Below, piece after piece: positions 33,702-44,700 of a DNA stretch of 64,000 nt. Location of the stretch: contig NW_013657634.1 in NCBI RefSeq assembly GCF_000142905.1, positions 124,001 to 188,000 of the forward strand, given 5' to 3'. The position numbers and the translations under genes were made by a program. The stretch's first letter is position 1. Every line of letters starts with the position of its first letter. The notes beneath the pieces were generated by a model that was not told where the DNA came from, searched no databases, and saw only the letters and a program-made list of their open reading frames with translations. Source of the DNA: Thecamonas trahens ATCC 50062 (Eukaryota > Protista > Apusomonadida).

Positions 33702-36700
33702 TCAAGCTGCAAGATCACAAGGCGGATCCGACAGAGTCGGCAGCCGGGTCGCGCTGGTCGAGCCAGTGTCGAGCATGCCGGACGCCAGCGGACTGATAAG
33801 AGTGGCCGATGATGATGGCTGGCGTGAGAACGATGAGGGCTGCAGCCCGAGCGAAGAGATCTCGTGCTGAATGGACCGTTGCCTGCTTTGGCGGATGTCG
33901 GCGATGGAGAGCGATGCGGTCATGCCGCGTGACGCCGATGAGAGGTTGCGCTTAGTGCGCTTGGTGCGCCTGGTGCGCTTGCGATTGGGCCGCTGGTGGA
34001 TGCGGGAGGGCGAGTCGCGCGACGCCAGACCTTGCCCGGCCGGATGCTTGAGAAGGGCTGGGACCGAGGCGACGCCGGCTGGGGCGACGCGGCTGCTGTT
34101 GCGGCGCCGGCGGCGCCGGCGGTGCGCACGATCGTCTGGAGGCGACGCAGTTTTGGCTGACCCAAGACGAGCAGCGACGGTAGCGGAACGGGGAGGCGGG
34201 TCGACGGGAGGCGTTGAGGCTACCAGGGCGTTCTCCGATGCGAGGCCGACGACAAACCCACACTGCTGGCGTGGCGAGTCGAGCTCGCCGCCGAGCGACG
34301 TGACCGAGACGATGCCCGGCGGGTTGGCGGTTTGGCTTGCGGGGCGCGCCGGCTCAGCGAGAGCCGTCGACTCGGTCGCCTCGGGATCTGAGCCAAGGCT
34401 GGCGAGCGAGAGTGAGCCAAAGACCAGTGAGTTGCCGCCAGAAGTGCCGTTGGACTTGCCGCCGCCATGTGGTGTGGCCAGCGCAAACGCATGCATGGTG
34501 TGCGAGGCAATCGGGAGCGTCGAAGTGGCGACGCCGATGCGGTTCGAGAGGCTCTTCCGCCGCTCGTAGGCGGCAATTGCGAGAGAGAAGCCGCGGACAG
34601 CCACAAAGAGTAGAGCAAGAACAAACATGGCGAGGACGGCAAGTGAGATCTCGAGACGGACCGACTTGAGCGGACCAGCAGCCACTCCGTACGAGAGCAG
34701 CGTAGCGATGCAGGAGCAGGTGAGGAGGACAGCGGAAAAGTGGTTGCGCCAGTGCTTGCCGAACGGCCGCACCGCCTCCATCAGCGCCGCCGTGATGAGC
34801 AGCGCCGCAGACGTTAGTGCCGCCTGCCATCCCGGCTTCTCGCTGAGGATGGCGCTGGCAACAGCAACTGTCATCAGCAGCGCAAGCTGGACAAGCGACC
34901 AAAGGTAGGTCGACATCCGGTACTGCTCGTAGAGGAAGCCATACCGGGCTCGGATCGAGTCTCGGATGCTTCCACCCGCTTCCTCTTGTTGTTCGAGAAC
35001 AGGAGACTCGGATGACGAGGTAGAGGAGGAGCTTGAGATGGAGGATGAGTTCGAGGACGAGGACGAGGTCGAGGTCGAGGTCGAGGTCGAGGTCGAGGTC
35101 GAGGTCGACGAGCTGGCAGAAGAAGGCGGGCTAAAGTCACCCGGCGTACAGATAACGGTTGTCGCTGTAGGCAGCATGTGGTCTGAATCAAGCTTTGTGA
35201 GCAGACCGTCGGCAGCGGCAAAGTGATAGACCGAGAGGCGGCCGGACTTGCGGAGGCCGCGGAGCTTATAGAAGGCAAAGGCGGGGAGGCCGGCGGAGAA
35301 GGTGAAGAAGCCGACCAGAGCGATGCCAAAGATAAACGAGTGTTCGGAGGAGAGGCACTCGATGTCGCGTGAGGCGGAGAGGACCCAGACGCGGGTCTCG
35401 CCGCGGGTGATCGGTACGCAGAACAGGGCTTGGAGAAAGAGCTGAGTAAGGGTGACGTACATGATAAAGCCAAAGATGATGGGGGCACGGATGCGGCGGT
35501 TGGCGTAAAACGCGGCCTTGGACGGGATAATGAGCGGGACAAGCCAGAGGAGGACAACCATGGTAGCACCCATGCCGACCGAGAGACAGACGGCGCCGTA
35601 GAAGAGGGCGGCAAACGAGCCCGGTAGGCCCTCGCATCCTGGGCGCACAAACTGAAAGTCCATGGCCACGAGCGCAAGGACTTGGTACAACTCGGCAAGC
35701 CAGCCTGACATGGCCGCTGCGTTTGTCTTGGCCACCGTGTAGAGGACCAGCAGGCCCAGCAGCGCCTGAGTCGCCGTGTTGAGCAGCGAGTCATTGAGCA
35801 CGAGCGTGGCGACAATGAAGAGGGCGCAGAAGAGAACGTTGGTGGCGACTAACGTGATGAACACGGCCGTTGACGATGAGCAAGCCACGCACGCCTTGCC
35901 GAGCCGGTAGTGCCCGCCGGAGCACTGGGAGCACATGTTTCCGGTGTACTCGCCGGCGCATGCCGAGTACCGGCCGCCGCGACAACGCGACGCAGGCTCA
36001 GCGCACTTTGCGACAAAGCCGGCGTCTTCGGCTGGCGCCCAGTAGCCGGGCAGCGGCCAGAGCCGGTAGCCGCCCGGGCAAAACGCACCGACAGGGCATG
36101 GCTTGCAGTCGAGGCCACGGCCAAACTGGCCTTCGAACGGGCAATCGTTGGTGAAGAACAGGTCGTCGTAGCTGAGGAACGCACCAGTCGACGGCTCGCG
36201 CAGCGTAATTCCCAGATAGCCTTCGTCGGCCACCGGTGGCGTGACGACGTCAAAGGTGCGGCCGTCGGCGGCAGCCGAGATGTTGGCGGCCGCCGGTGGG
36301 GCGAGCTGCGACGCCACGCTCAGCTCGAGCTCGGCCCACAGGCCGAGGCCGTGGAGCACCATCTGCGAGCCGACGCGTGTCGCCACCTGCGGGCTGGTGC
36401 GGTCGATGTGAGGCCAGGTGACAGCAGCGACTCCGAGCGTGGCCTGCGCGGCGACGCCGTTGGCAAAGCCGACCGCGGACGTGAGGGCAGGCACGACTCT
36501 CACGTCGAGCGTGAATAGAGTCGAAGCATCAAGGCCTGACGCCGTCAGCGCAAGGAGACAAAACTGTGCGCCGGAACGGCCATCCACGACAAATGGCGGC
36601 TCGGCAGCTGCGCCAAGGACCGCGGTCGCGGTGGCAGCAGCAGTGCCCGGAAGCTGCGCCGTTGCCCTCCGATCCAAATAGTTGGGAGGGCGCGGAAAGG

Positions 36701-38846
36701 CGCCCGGCTCCGCGCCGGTGATAATGACGACGGACTTGGGCAGCGACGAGGTGAGCTCGACGACGACCCGCGCCGATGGTTCAGACGCAGCGGCCTTCCA
36801 TGGCGTCGAGACTAGCTTGATAGTGCCACACACCATGTGGCCGACCTGCGAAAGGACCGGGGTGCCTGCCGGCAGCGGCGGGAGTGGATGATGCGGCGAT
36901 GGGAGCGGCGGCGAGACACCCGATGGGTGAGCAAGGCCGGTGATGACGAGGTCGAGCGGAGTAGCATCGACGACGTTGACAGGGTAGCTGATGCCTGTCG
37001 GTGGCACCGAGCTGGCATACACCGCGTCGGCCGACGAGATCGAGACCAGGACCAGGGTGATCGGTACCGACTCCTCACCGCCATAGTCATCAGCGGGCGC
37101 GGAGAGCGTCAGCGACTGGAAGCTGTTCCAGTTGGTGGGCGTAAAGGTGAGAGTAGCTACTGAAAGCGTAGCGTGAGCCGGGCGCGGGGCAGCAGCGATG
37201 GCGCCATCGAGGCGAAAGTTAACGGTGACGTCGGCGGACGGCGGGAGCGAGAGCTGGACAAGGAGAGTGACGGCAGTACCCTCGGCAAGGGTGGCGCCTG
37301 CAAAGGCGACGCCATCGGAGCCCTCGGTGAGAATGCTGATATCGGCCGAGGTAGCGCCCCACGAGCCCGAGAGAACAGGCGATGGTGCGGAGGCGGCGGC
37401 GGAGGTTCCGGCAGCGTTGGTGATGGGCACGGTGCCGGTGGGGGTAAAGACGGTCGAGCCCGGAATGGGGATGGCCGAAAGCGGCGGCGGCATGGAGGCA
37501 CCGATGGTGATGGTCAGCGTCGTGCCGTCGGGTGACCATGAGCCAGCCAGCGGCGTGCCGAGGCATGCGGATATCGGAGCCGGACTTGCACTCGAGGTGC
37601 GGGTGCAGGAGAGTGCAGCATCGAGGGTGGTGGCTGATGAGAGCGTAGGCGTGGCGGTTGGTTCGGAAAACGTGAGTGTCAGTAGATCGCCAGCAGCAAG
37701 GGTGGTATCTGCCGCCGTAGGGTCGGATGCGACCGCCGCCACGATTGCGGGCGGCGGCAGAAGAGTTGGAGGTGGAGGAGGGAAGGGGGGTGGCGGAGAT
37801 GGCGGCGGCGGAGGAGATGGCGGCGGCGGCGGTGATGGCGGTGGTGGCGGTGGAGATGGCGGCGGCGGTGGTGATGGTGGCGGTGGAGGACTAGGCGCCG
37901 GCGGTGGTGATGGCGGCGGCGGCGGTGATGGTGGCGGCGGCGGTGATGGTGGCGGCGGCGGTGATGGTGGCGGCGGTGGTGATGGCGGCGGCGGCGGTGA
38001 TGGCGGCGACGGCGGTGATGGCGGCGGCGGATTAGGTGGTGGTGGCGGCGATGGTGAAGCCGCAGGAACACACGTGGGCGATGGCGGTGCGGGAGAGTAT
38101 CCACCTGTCGTGCATGTCTGAACAGTCGGTCCGGACACAAGGTAGCCAGAGTTGCAACTGTACGTTGCGGTGTCTCCGTGAAACAAGCGGTCTGTCAGGT
38201 CGCCCCCAATGGTGACCGTGCCAAACGTCGGCGCACTTGGCGCAGGCAAGCACGATGGGCAAAAGGTGAGGGTGACGGCAGGCACATTCGACGCCTGGTT
38301 GTAGCCGGTGAGTGTCGGCGGGAGATTGCCATTGGCTTGGCGGATGATGTGCAGGACGTGAATGGTGGAGGAACAGCCCGAGTACGGGACGGTGTCGTAG
38401 CGATAGAAGTTAAGCGAGTTGGTGGTGCGTATCATGAGCGCGTAGTACTTGCCGGGCGTGAGCGGAAGGCGCGAGGCAAACGAGACCTCTGCTGTGGTAT
38501 CGCCGACGCTGTAGTAGCCGCCTGAGGTAGCTGGGCCAGTCACAGAAAAGTCGCCATATATCTTGGTGTACTCTGACAGCACATCGTTGTTTGCCTCATA
38601 CAGCGCATAAGAGAGGCCACCATGTGGTCCCGACAGCTTAATGGTCGCACCGCAGAGAGTGGCCATGTCGTAGTTGTCAACAGGATCATACCGAAAGGCC
38701 ACGCCCACAGCCCATTGCTTCACCGAGCCAGAGGTCGTCGCCGTCTCACCAAAGGTACAGACAGGCAGAGCAAACGAGCTGTTTGTGCACATCATAATGA
38801 CCACCAAGGCCGCCAAGGCCATGGTGACCGTCGCTCTTCTCGCCAT
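33702..38846 (-). CDS. Large multi-pass surface protein: signal peptide, sushi/CCP, SPPPP repeats, Calx-beta/Ig-like, IPT/TIG, Cys-rich repeats and multi-TM region
   Basis: MALAALVVIMMC signal; GDTATYSCNSGYLVSGPTVQTC (sushi); LTFTPTNWNSFQ; CKPCPVGAFCPGG...PGYW...CSQC; several TM helices with RYGFLYEQYR. Confidence 0.8.
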   Translation of the reverse strand: MARRATVTMALAALVVIMMCTNSSFALPVCTFGETATTSGSVKQWAVGVAFRYDPVDNYDMATLCGATIKLSGPHGGLSYALYEANNDVLSEYTKIYGDFSVTGPATSGGYYSVGDTTAEVSFASRLPLTPGKYYALMIRTTNSLNFYRYDTVPYSGCSSTIHVLHIIRQANGNLPPTLTGYNQASNVPAVTLTFCPSCLPAPSAPTFGTVTIGGDLTDRLFHGDTATYSCNSGYLVSGPTVQTCTTGGYSPAPPSPTCVPAASPSPPPPPNPPPPSPPSPPSPPPPPSPPPPPSPPPPPSPPPPPSPPPPPSPPPAPSPPPPPSPPPPPSPPPPPPSPPPPPSPPPPPSPPPPFPPPPPTLLPPPAIVAAVASDPTAADTTLAAGDLLTLTFSEPTATPTLSSATTLDAALSCTRTSSASPAPISACLGTPLAGSWSPDGTTLTITIGASMPPPLSAIPIPGSTVFTPTGTVPITNAAGTSAAASAPSPVLSGSWGATSADISILTEGSDGVAFAGATLAEGTAVTLLVQLSLPPSADVTVNFRLDGAIAAAPRPAHATLSVATLTFTPTNWNSFQSLTLSAPADDYGGEESVPITLVLVSISSADAVYASSVPPTGISYPVNVVDATPLDLVITGLAHPSGVSPPLPSPHHPLPPLPAGTPVLSQVGHMVCGTIKLVSTPWKAAASEPSARVVVELTSSLPKSVVIITGAEPGAFPRPPNYLDRRATAQLPGTAAATATAVLGAAAEPPFVVDGRSGAQFCLLALTASGLDASTLFTLDVRVVPALTSAVGFANGVAAQATLGVAAVTWPHIDRTSPQVATRVGSQMVLHGLGLWAELELSVASQLAPPAAANISAAADGRTFDVVTPPVADEGYLGITLREPSTGAFLSYDDLFFTNDCPFEGQFGRGLDCKPCPVGAFCPGGYRLWPLPGYWAPAEDAGFVAKCAEPASRCRGGRYSACAGEYTGNMCSQCSGGHYRLGKACVACSSSTAVFITLVATNVLFCALFIVATLVLNDSLLNTATQALLGLLVLYTVAKTNAAAMSGWLAELYQVLALVAMDFQFVRPGCEGLPGSFAALFYGAVCLSVGMGATMVVLLWLVPLIIPSKAAFYANRRIRAPIIFGFIMYVTLTQLFLQALFCVPITRGETRVWVLSASRDIECLSSEHSFIFGIALVGFFTFSAGLPAFAFYKLRGLRKSGRLSVYHFAAADGLLTKLDSDHMLPTATTVICTPGDFSPPSSASSSTSTSTSTSTSTSTSSSSSNSSSISSSSSTSSSESPVLEQQEEAGGSIRDSIRARYGFLYEQYRMSTYLWSLVQLALLMTVAVASAILSEKPGWQAALTSAALLITAALMEAVRPFGKHWRNHFSAVLLTCSCIATLLSYGVAAGPLKSVRLEISLAVLAMFVLALLFVAVRGFSLAIAAYERRKSLSNRIGVATSTLPIASHTMHAFALATPHGGGKSNGTSGGNSLVFGSLSLASLGSDPEATESTALAEPARPASQTANPPGIVSVTSLGGELDSPRQQCGFVVGLASENALVASTPPVDPPPRSATVAARLGSAKTASPPDDRAHRRRRRRRNSSRVAPAGVASVPALLKHPAGQGLASRDSPSRIHQRPNRKRTRRTKRTKRNLSSASRGMTASLSIADIRQSRQRSIQHEISSLGLQPSSFSRQPSSSATLISPLASGMLDTGSTSATRLPTLSDPPCDLAA
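37770..38055 (-). repeat. Coding extensin-like (SPPPPP)n repeat
   Basis: About 15 SP(3-6) units in the large surface protein. Confidence 0.9.
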
Positions 38847-38995
38847 AACCCGGAGTGGCCGTGTCAGGAACAACGACTTGTGAACAACAAGTACAACGTT
38901 GTGAACAACGTCGCACGTCCGCGCACTCCCCAGCCGTCTGGTACACATGGGCATGTCGACTCAGGTGGTATGTGTGTGTGGGGTGGGGGGGGGGG

Positions 38996-39095
38996 NNNNN
39001 NNNNNNNNNNNNNNNNNNNNNNNNNNNNNNNNNNNNNNNNNNNNNNNNNNNNNNNNNNNNNNNNNNNNNNNNNNNNNNNNNNNNNNNNNNNNNNN
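38996..39095. other. Assembly gap (100 N)
   Basis: N run flanked by poly-G. Confidence 0.99.
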
Positions 39096-39415
39096 GGGGG
39101 GGAGGGGGGAGAGAGACGCTGGCTGGCTGTGAACATTTGGCCAAACCAAAACGTTTTTTGCGGGAGAGTGCGGCCTGCAGCACTTCCTTTTTGGGGAGAT
39201 GGGGGATGGGGTGGTGGCGGGGCATGGGCAGGAAGAGACCGGCTGGGATTGAGGGGTGGAAGGAGGACACAGGCTTTGATTTGGCTTGGATAGTGGGAGA
39301 CATCAGTGTTTTACCGCAACAGATGCGTACGATGTGCCAGGAGGGGTGAAGAGGGGTGAGGTGGGGTGGCATGGGGATGGGGGACGGGGATGGTGAAGTG
39401 GAGCAGGGAGGCAGA

Positions 39416-40134
39416 TCATGTCAGCAGAGCATACTTGTCCTTGTTCTGGATGGCAAAGACAAAGAACGAGATGATCTCGTACTCCTCCACCGGCATCGAC
39501 TGAAAGTGGGTAGTGACGGCGTCGACAAGATCAGCCTTGGTGGCGTTAGGCGCCGTCCGCAGCTTGTAGTGCCGCTTGTACCGCTTGAGTGCGCCGATGT
39601 CCCACTTTGCAAAGTCGACAAAGGTCGTCCTGGCCACCTGTAGAGTTCCCACGTCAGTGAGGGAGCAAGCAAACGACCACAGAGAGCGAGCGAGATAGAG
39701 AGACCGAGAGAGAGCCCAGGATCACATCCGAAACGGATACCGATGTCCATGACGACGGGCGCCAACCGCGTGTCGAGTGGCCAGCCAGCCGAGATCCGCC
39801 ACCCGCCGAGCCCCGACACCCACAACCGCAGCCATGCCCGATGCCCCGGGTAACAAGCGCAAGGAGTGAGTACTGCCACAGAGATGACCCTCTCCCCCCC
39901 CCCCTCCCTTCCTCCCCCCTCCCCTCCCAGCTGGCTACCTACCGTCTTCTTTGCCACCACAGGAGCCGCCACCGGAGCAGCAGCTCCTGCCTCGGCCGTC
40001 TTCCCTGCACCAGCACCGGCAGCACTAGCTGTGCTACTCGCACTGGTCGTCGTCGCCGAGCTCGCTGCGCTGGCGTTGCTTGTGGCTGTAGCCGCCGCCA
40101 CGGGCGCTGCGCCCGAGTTCTGTGCTGTGGACAT
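39416..40134 (-). CDS. SAP30: SAP30-like Sin3-binding subunit of the HDAC complex; exons 40134-39943 and 39637-39416
   Basis: VDFAKWDIGALKRYKRHYKL.TAPNATKADLVDAVTTHFQSMPVEEYEIISFFVFAIQN matches the SAP30 Sin3-binding domain. Phase-0 intron GTAGGT...CACTGAC...CTACAG. Confidence 0.88.
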
Positions 40135-40415
40135 GGAGAGTGTGGAGGGGATAGGGATGGGAATAGCGGAGCGGTGGTGGTGGTGGTGGTGGTGGTGGTG
40201 GTTAATGGGGTGGAAGAGGGAGTGCAGGAGTGGAGGAGAGTGTGGTGGTGCTGGTGCTGGTGCTGGTGCTGGTGCTGGTGCTGGTGGCAGTGGTGCTGGT
40301 CGGGCCGTGGCTGAGCTCGTATACCCCATTTGCCTTCAATTTCGCTCATTGTCGCTGCGCCTCCCGCATTGGTCGCTGGGGCTCCCGGCCTCACGAGGGG
40401 GGGGGGGGGGGGGAA

Positions 40416-40459
40416 GGCCAGCTGATGGCCAGCTGATGGCCAGCTGATGGCCAGCTGAC
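40416..40459. promoter_or_regulatory. Four tandem 11-bp units GGCCAGCTGAT, each containing an E-box CAGCTG, in a divergent promoter
   Basis: The repeat is seen directly; a regulatory role is inferred from its position. Confidence 0.5.
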
Positions 40460-40690
40460 GTGAAGGCTTGGTTGTTTGACGGATGGGTGGTGTGGTTCCT
40501 TGGTTGATGTGGCGGTATGGCGTGCATACGCTCCATCCAAGGCCAGAGTCGGCCGCGGTGGCCATGCTGCGGTAGAGTGCCGGTTGGCGGGCGAGGTGCT
40601 CAGCTCGTTGGAGGACGGTGGTGGGGGTGGGGGTGGGGGTGCTGGTCGAGCACACTCGAGTCGAAAGAGTGGGAAGGCGCAGAGAGGGTG

Positions 40691-41284
40691 ATGGCGGAGC
40701 GAGAGGAGGAGGAGGCTCTGGTCCGTGAGCATGCGGCACGGGTCATCACCAGGACTGTGCGGGCATGGTGGTCGCGGGCAGTGTTTGCGGCGCTGAAGAA
40801 GGTGCTGGCGGTGACACGGAAAGCCATGGCGCTGGATCTGCTGGCCAAGCTGGTCCCAGGCGAGGCTGCCCTGCTGGACGATCCGGTCTTTGCGCCTGTA
40901 GTCCGCTTCCGGCTCGCCGGACCGGCCTTTCCGCCGGCCATCGTGTTCAAGGTCTTTGTCTCGCCGCCGTACGCTGCTGGCCCGGCCGTCTCCACGCCGG
41001 TGTACATGTCCGGCCGGACGGTGCTTGCCGGGCAGCTGCCACCGGCGGAGCTTGTCCCACGCCGGGTGGCGGTGGCCACCTTCCTGGAGGATGCTGCTCT
41101 GGAGGCGCGCGATCCGATGTATGCACCGTTTACTCGCGCTGCCCGCGCCGAGCTCCCGACCCGGTTGCGGGTCAGGGCGGCCGCCCGCGAGCAGGCGCTG
41201 CCGGCGCGGATGGGCGGCGCAGCAAACGGATGGCGGCAGCTTGCTGGAAGCGTGGTTGCACCGGACGCGCCTGTTCGGGCGCAG
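40691..41284 (+). CDS. CXorf58/C11orf65(MFI)-like protein, 3'-truncated by the gap
   Basis: AARVITRTVRAW...EAALLDDP...VRFRLAGPAFPPAIVFKVF...YMSGR...LPARMGGAANGWRQL. Confidence 0.65.
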
Positions 41285-41674
41285 NNNNNNNNNNNNNNNN
41301 NNNNNNNNNNNNNNNNNNNNNNNNNNNNNNNNNNNNNNNNNNNNNNNNNNNNNNNNNNNNNNNNNNNNNNNNNNNNNNNNNNNNNNNNNNNNNNNNNNNN
41401 NNNNNNNNNNNNNNNNNNNNNNNNNNNNNNNNNNNNNNNNNNNNNNNNNNNNNNNNNNNNNNNNNNNNNNNNNNNNNNNNNNNNNNNNNNNNNNNNNNNN
41501 NNNNNNNNNNNNNNNNNNNNNNNNNNNNNNNNNNNNNNNNNNNNNNNNNNNNNNNNNNNNNNNNNNNNNNNNNNNNNNNNNNNNNNNNNNNNNNNNNNNN
41601 NNNNNNNNNNNNNNNNNNNNNNNNNNNNNNNNNNNNNNNNNNNNNNNNNNNNNNNNNNNNNNNNNNNNNNNNNN
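41285..41674. other. Assembly gap (390 N)
   Basis: N run. Confidence 0.99.
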
Positions 41675-41744
41675 CCCCCCCTCCCCCCCTTCCCCCCTCT
41701 AACTGACCCTCTCTCCAATCTTCGCATTCCTCTCTCCTGTCACC

Positions 41745-44700
41745 ATGGCCCACCTCCAATTTATGGTGGTGGTGGCGTTTGTGGCAACAGCCATTATCAC
41801 TCGGCCTACTCTGGCGGCGTACACCGACCTTGTTGCCCGTCCCTCGTGGGCAGACAAGAACCAGGTACCGTTCATGGTGGTAGTGGGATGAAAGGGGGGG
41901 GGGGGAGTGACAGTACGGGGGGATATGGCGCTGTCTGGGTGGTGGAAGGGGGAGGAAGGGAAGGGGGGGTATGTGTCGGGGAAGCCCTTTTCGTTGCTAA
42001 CTGCAGCCAGTCAGCCAGAGCCAGCCAGGCCGCCAGCCAGCGGCACGCACTCACTCACACGAGCACACACCGCAGGATGGCCTGACGTACAACCCGTCGT
42101 CCAACCCGCAAGGTGCCATCGGAACCCCGTGCACCATCGGCTCGGGCTGGTGCTCGCCAGTCGACAACAACAACCTGAACAAGCTCCTGGTGAGCATGAA
42201 CGTTGGCCCGTTCTGTGCCACCATTCTCCGCCCGGCTGGGATGGCCATGAAGCGCGGCCTGGATAACCTCCGTGCTGCAGACTCGGTGCTGTGGGGCAAG
42301 CTCCATGCCTCGTGCATCTGCTGCCGCTACATCTCGGGATCGACGACGTACTCGAACCATGCCTGGGGCGGGGCATGCGACTTTACCATCGACGGCCAGC
42401 TTGATCCCTACGGCGACGGGCTGACCCAGACAGGGCTCATCGACGTCTATCCGCACCTGCACGCCGAGGGCTTTTACTGGGGTGCCGGCTTTGGCTACCC
42501 GGGCACCTCGTCGGAGGACGCCATGCACTTTGAGGTCTCGCAGCAAAAGTTCGACGAGTGGGAAGCTGACGGGAGCCTCGACCCGGACGCGCCGTGGCCT
42601 GTGCCGGCCTCGCCGCTCTCCGAGGCGTCGTGCCCGTGGACGACGACGCCGCCCGGCGGCGTCCTTTGGACCTCGGGCGATCCCGTCGACCCGCTCTCCA
42701 TCCTAGTCCAGTCTCTCGTCTCGTACAACTGTCACTCGGCAACTGCCGACGGAAAGTACGGCTCCGGGACGGCCAACAAGGTTGCCGCCTTCCAGAGTGA
42801 CCGCCAGCTGGCGGAGAGCGACGGCATTACCCGTGGCATCACGTGGCGGACTCTGTTTGTGCCGGCCGCCCTCGGCGACTCGAACACTGCGGTCCGCGGC
42901 TACAAGGAGACGCTCAATCGGCTGTATGGCGCCTCGCTCACGGTCTCCAACACCTTTGATTCGGCCATGGCCTCGGCAGTCTCCTCGTTCCAGTCGTCGC
43001 ACAGCCTCGCCGCCTCGGGCTCGATCGATCTTGCCACGCTGCAGGCTATGGTCAGCGGGTGCTCGAGCGGCGGCCCCGGGCCGACACCCGCCCCAACACC
43101 CGCCCCGACACCTGCCCCGACGCCCGCGCCCACTCCAGCCCCGACGCCCACCCCGGGCTGCGTTGACGTCTACCGCGTCACCGCCACCAGCCTCAACATG
43201 CGGTCCGGGCCCGGCACCTCGTACGGTGTGGTCACCAGCCTGCCGAACAACGCCGAGGTGGATGACGTGCAGCCCGGTACGACTTGGTCAGCTAATGGTT
43301 TTACCTGGCTGCATCTCAACTACGGTACGTACGATGGGTATGCTGTGACAGCGTACCTTGCGTACGTCCGCCAGGATTGCCCCACTCCTGCGCCTACTCC
43401 TGCGCCCACTCCTGCGCCTACCCCTGCGCCCACTCCTGCGCCTACTCCTGCGCCTACTCCTGCGCCTACTCCTGCGCCTACTCCTGCGCCTACTCCGGCC
43501 CCCACGCCCACTCCTGCGCCCACTCCTGCGCCCACTCCTGCGCCTACTCCTGCGCCTACTCCTGCGCCTACTCCGGCTCCCACGCCTACTCCTGCGCCCA
43601 CTCCTGCGCCCACTCCTGCGCCCACTCCTGCGCCCACTCCTGCGCCCACTCCTGCGCCCACTCCTGCGCCCACTCCTGCGCCCACTCCTGCGCCCACTCC
43701 TGTGCCCACTCCGGCCCCTACTCCGGCGCCCACTCCTGTGCCCACTCCGGCCCCTACTCCGGCGCCCACGCCTACTCCTGCGCCTACTCCGGCCCCCACT
43801 CCTGCGCCCACTCCTGCGCCTACTCCTGCGCCTACTCCTGCGCCTACTCCGGCTCCCACGCCTACTCCTGCGCCTACTCCTGCGCCTACTCCGGCCCCCA
43901 CTCCTGTGCCCACTCCGGCCCCTACTCCGGCGCCCACTCCTGTGCCCACTCCGGCCCCTACTCTGGCACCTACTCCGCCTCCCACCCCGGCCCCGCCCAC
44001 CCCGGCATGCACTCCGTGCTCGCCACCAAACGCATGCTCCAACGCCGGGATCTGCTGCGACGGCCAATGCCGCTGCGACTTTGGCTTCCAACCCGACGCG
44101 GCCGCCCGCACAGACTGTGTCGCAGTCCCGACCCTCGACCTCGGCAGCGCTGCAGCGTCAGCGTCGGCCTCAGTCTTTGGCGGCCACTTTGCGTTCTTCC
44201 GCTACACGCCCTGGGCCACGTCAGGCGCCGGTCGCAGCCTGCTGCAGACCGGCGCAGCCGAGGAATTGGTCATCTCGGTCGTTCCGCAAGGCGTGTTGCC
44301 TCAGGACTTTGTCATCTACGCCTCTGAGGGGACAACGCTGCCGTCGGCAACCGCCCACGACGCCGTGTCAGCCCTCTCGGACGACAAGACAGCACAGACG
44401 CTGCGGCTGATGCCGTCGGCCGGCGGGCCGGCAACGGTCGTCATGATCGGCGTGACATCGCAGAGTGACGCCGCGTTTGCCATTTCAGCCGCCCCGGTCT
44501 CGGCCGCAGCCGGCGCCACCGCCGGCCGTGTCACCAGCGACTCACCGCCGTCTGGTGTCTCGGACAAGCCGTGGTTCATCTACGCTGTCGGCGGCGGCGC
44601 CGTCGTCGTCCTCGCCGTCGTCGTCGCCGTCGTCGCCGTCGCCGTCCGCCGCTCGCGGTCGGGCATCAGCTATGCCGGCGATGACCTCTACGACAACATG

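Noticed and set aside
37198-38121. Gly-rich ORF on the + strand
   Set aside because: Antisense reading of the SPPPP repeat gene
1-40134. Functional cluster of chromatin genes (E(z)-like, SWI3, LisH, SAP30)
   Set aside because: They are spread over 40 kb among unrelated genes, which is compatible with chance
41745-43370. Bacterial contamination as the source of the peptidoglycan-hydrolase domains
   Set aside because: The domains follow a spliceosomal intron and signal exon and are in frame with EGF, TM and eukaryotic SH3 domains. Codon style matches neighbouring genes.
43381-43980. Tandem array considered as a CRISPR or satellite
   Set aside because: There are no unique spacers or cas genes, and the array is in-frame coding sequence
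43288-44410. Alternative-frame repeat ORFs (GAGV, RRSG, CAHS and LLRP repeats)
   Set aside because: These are other readings of the 12-bp PTPA repeat. Only the PTPA frame is continuous with the flanking domains.
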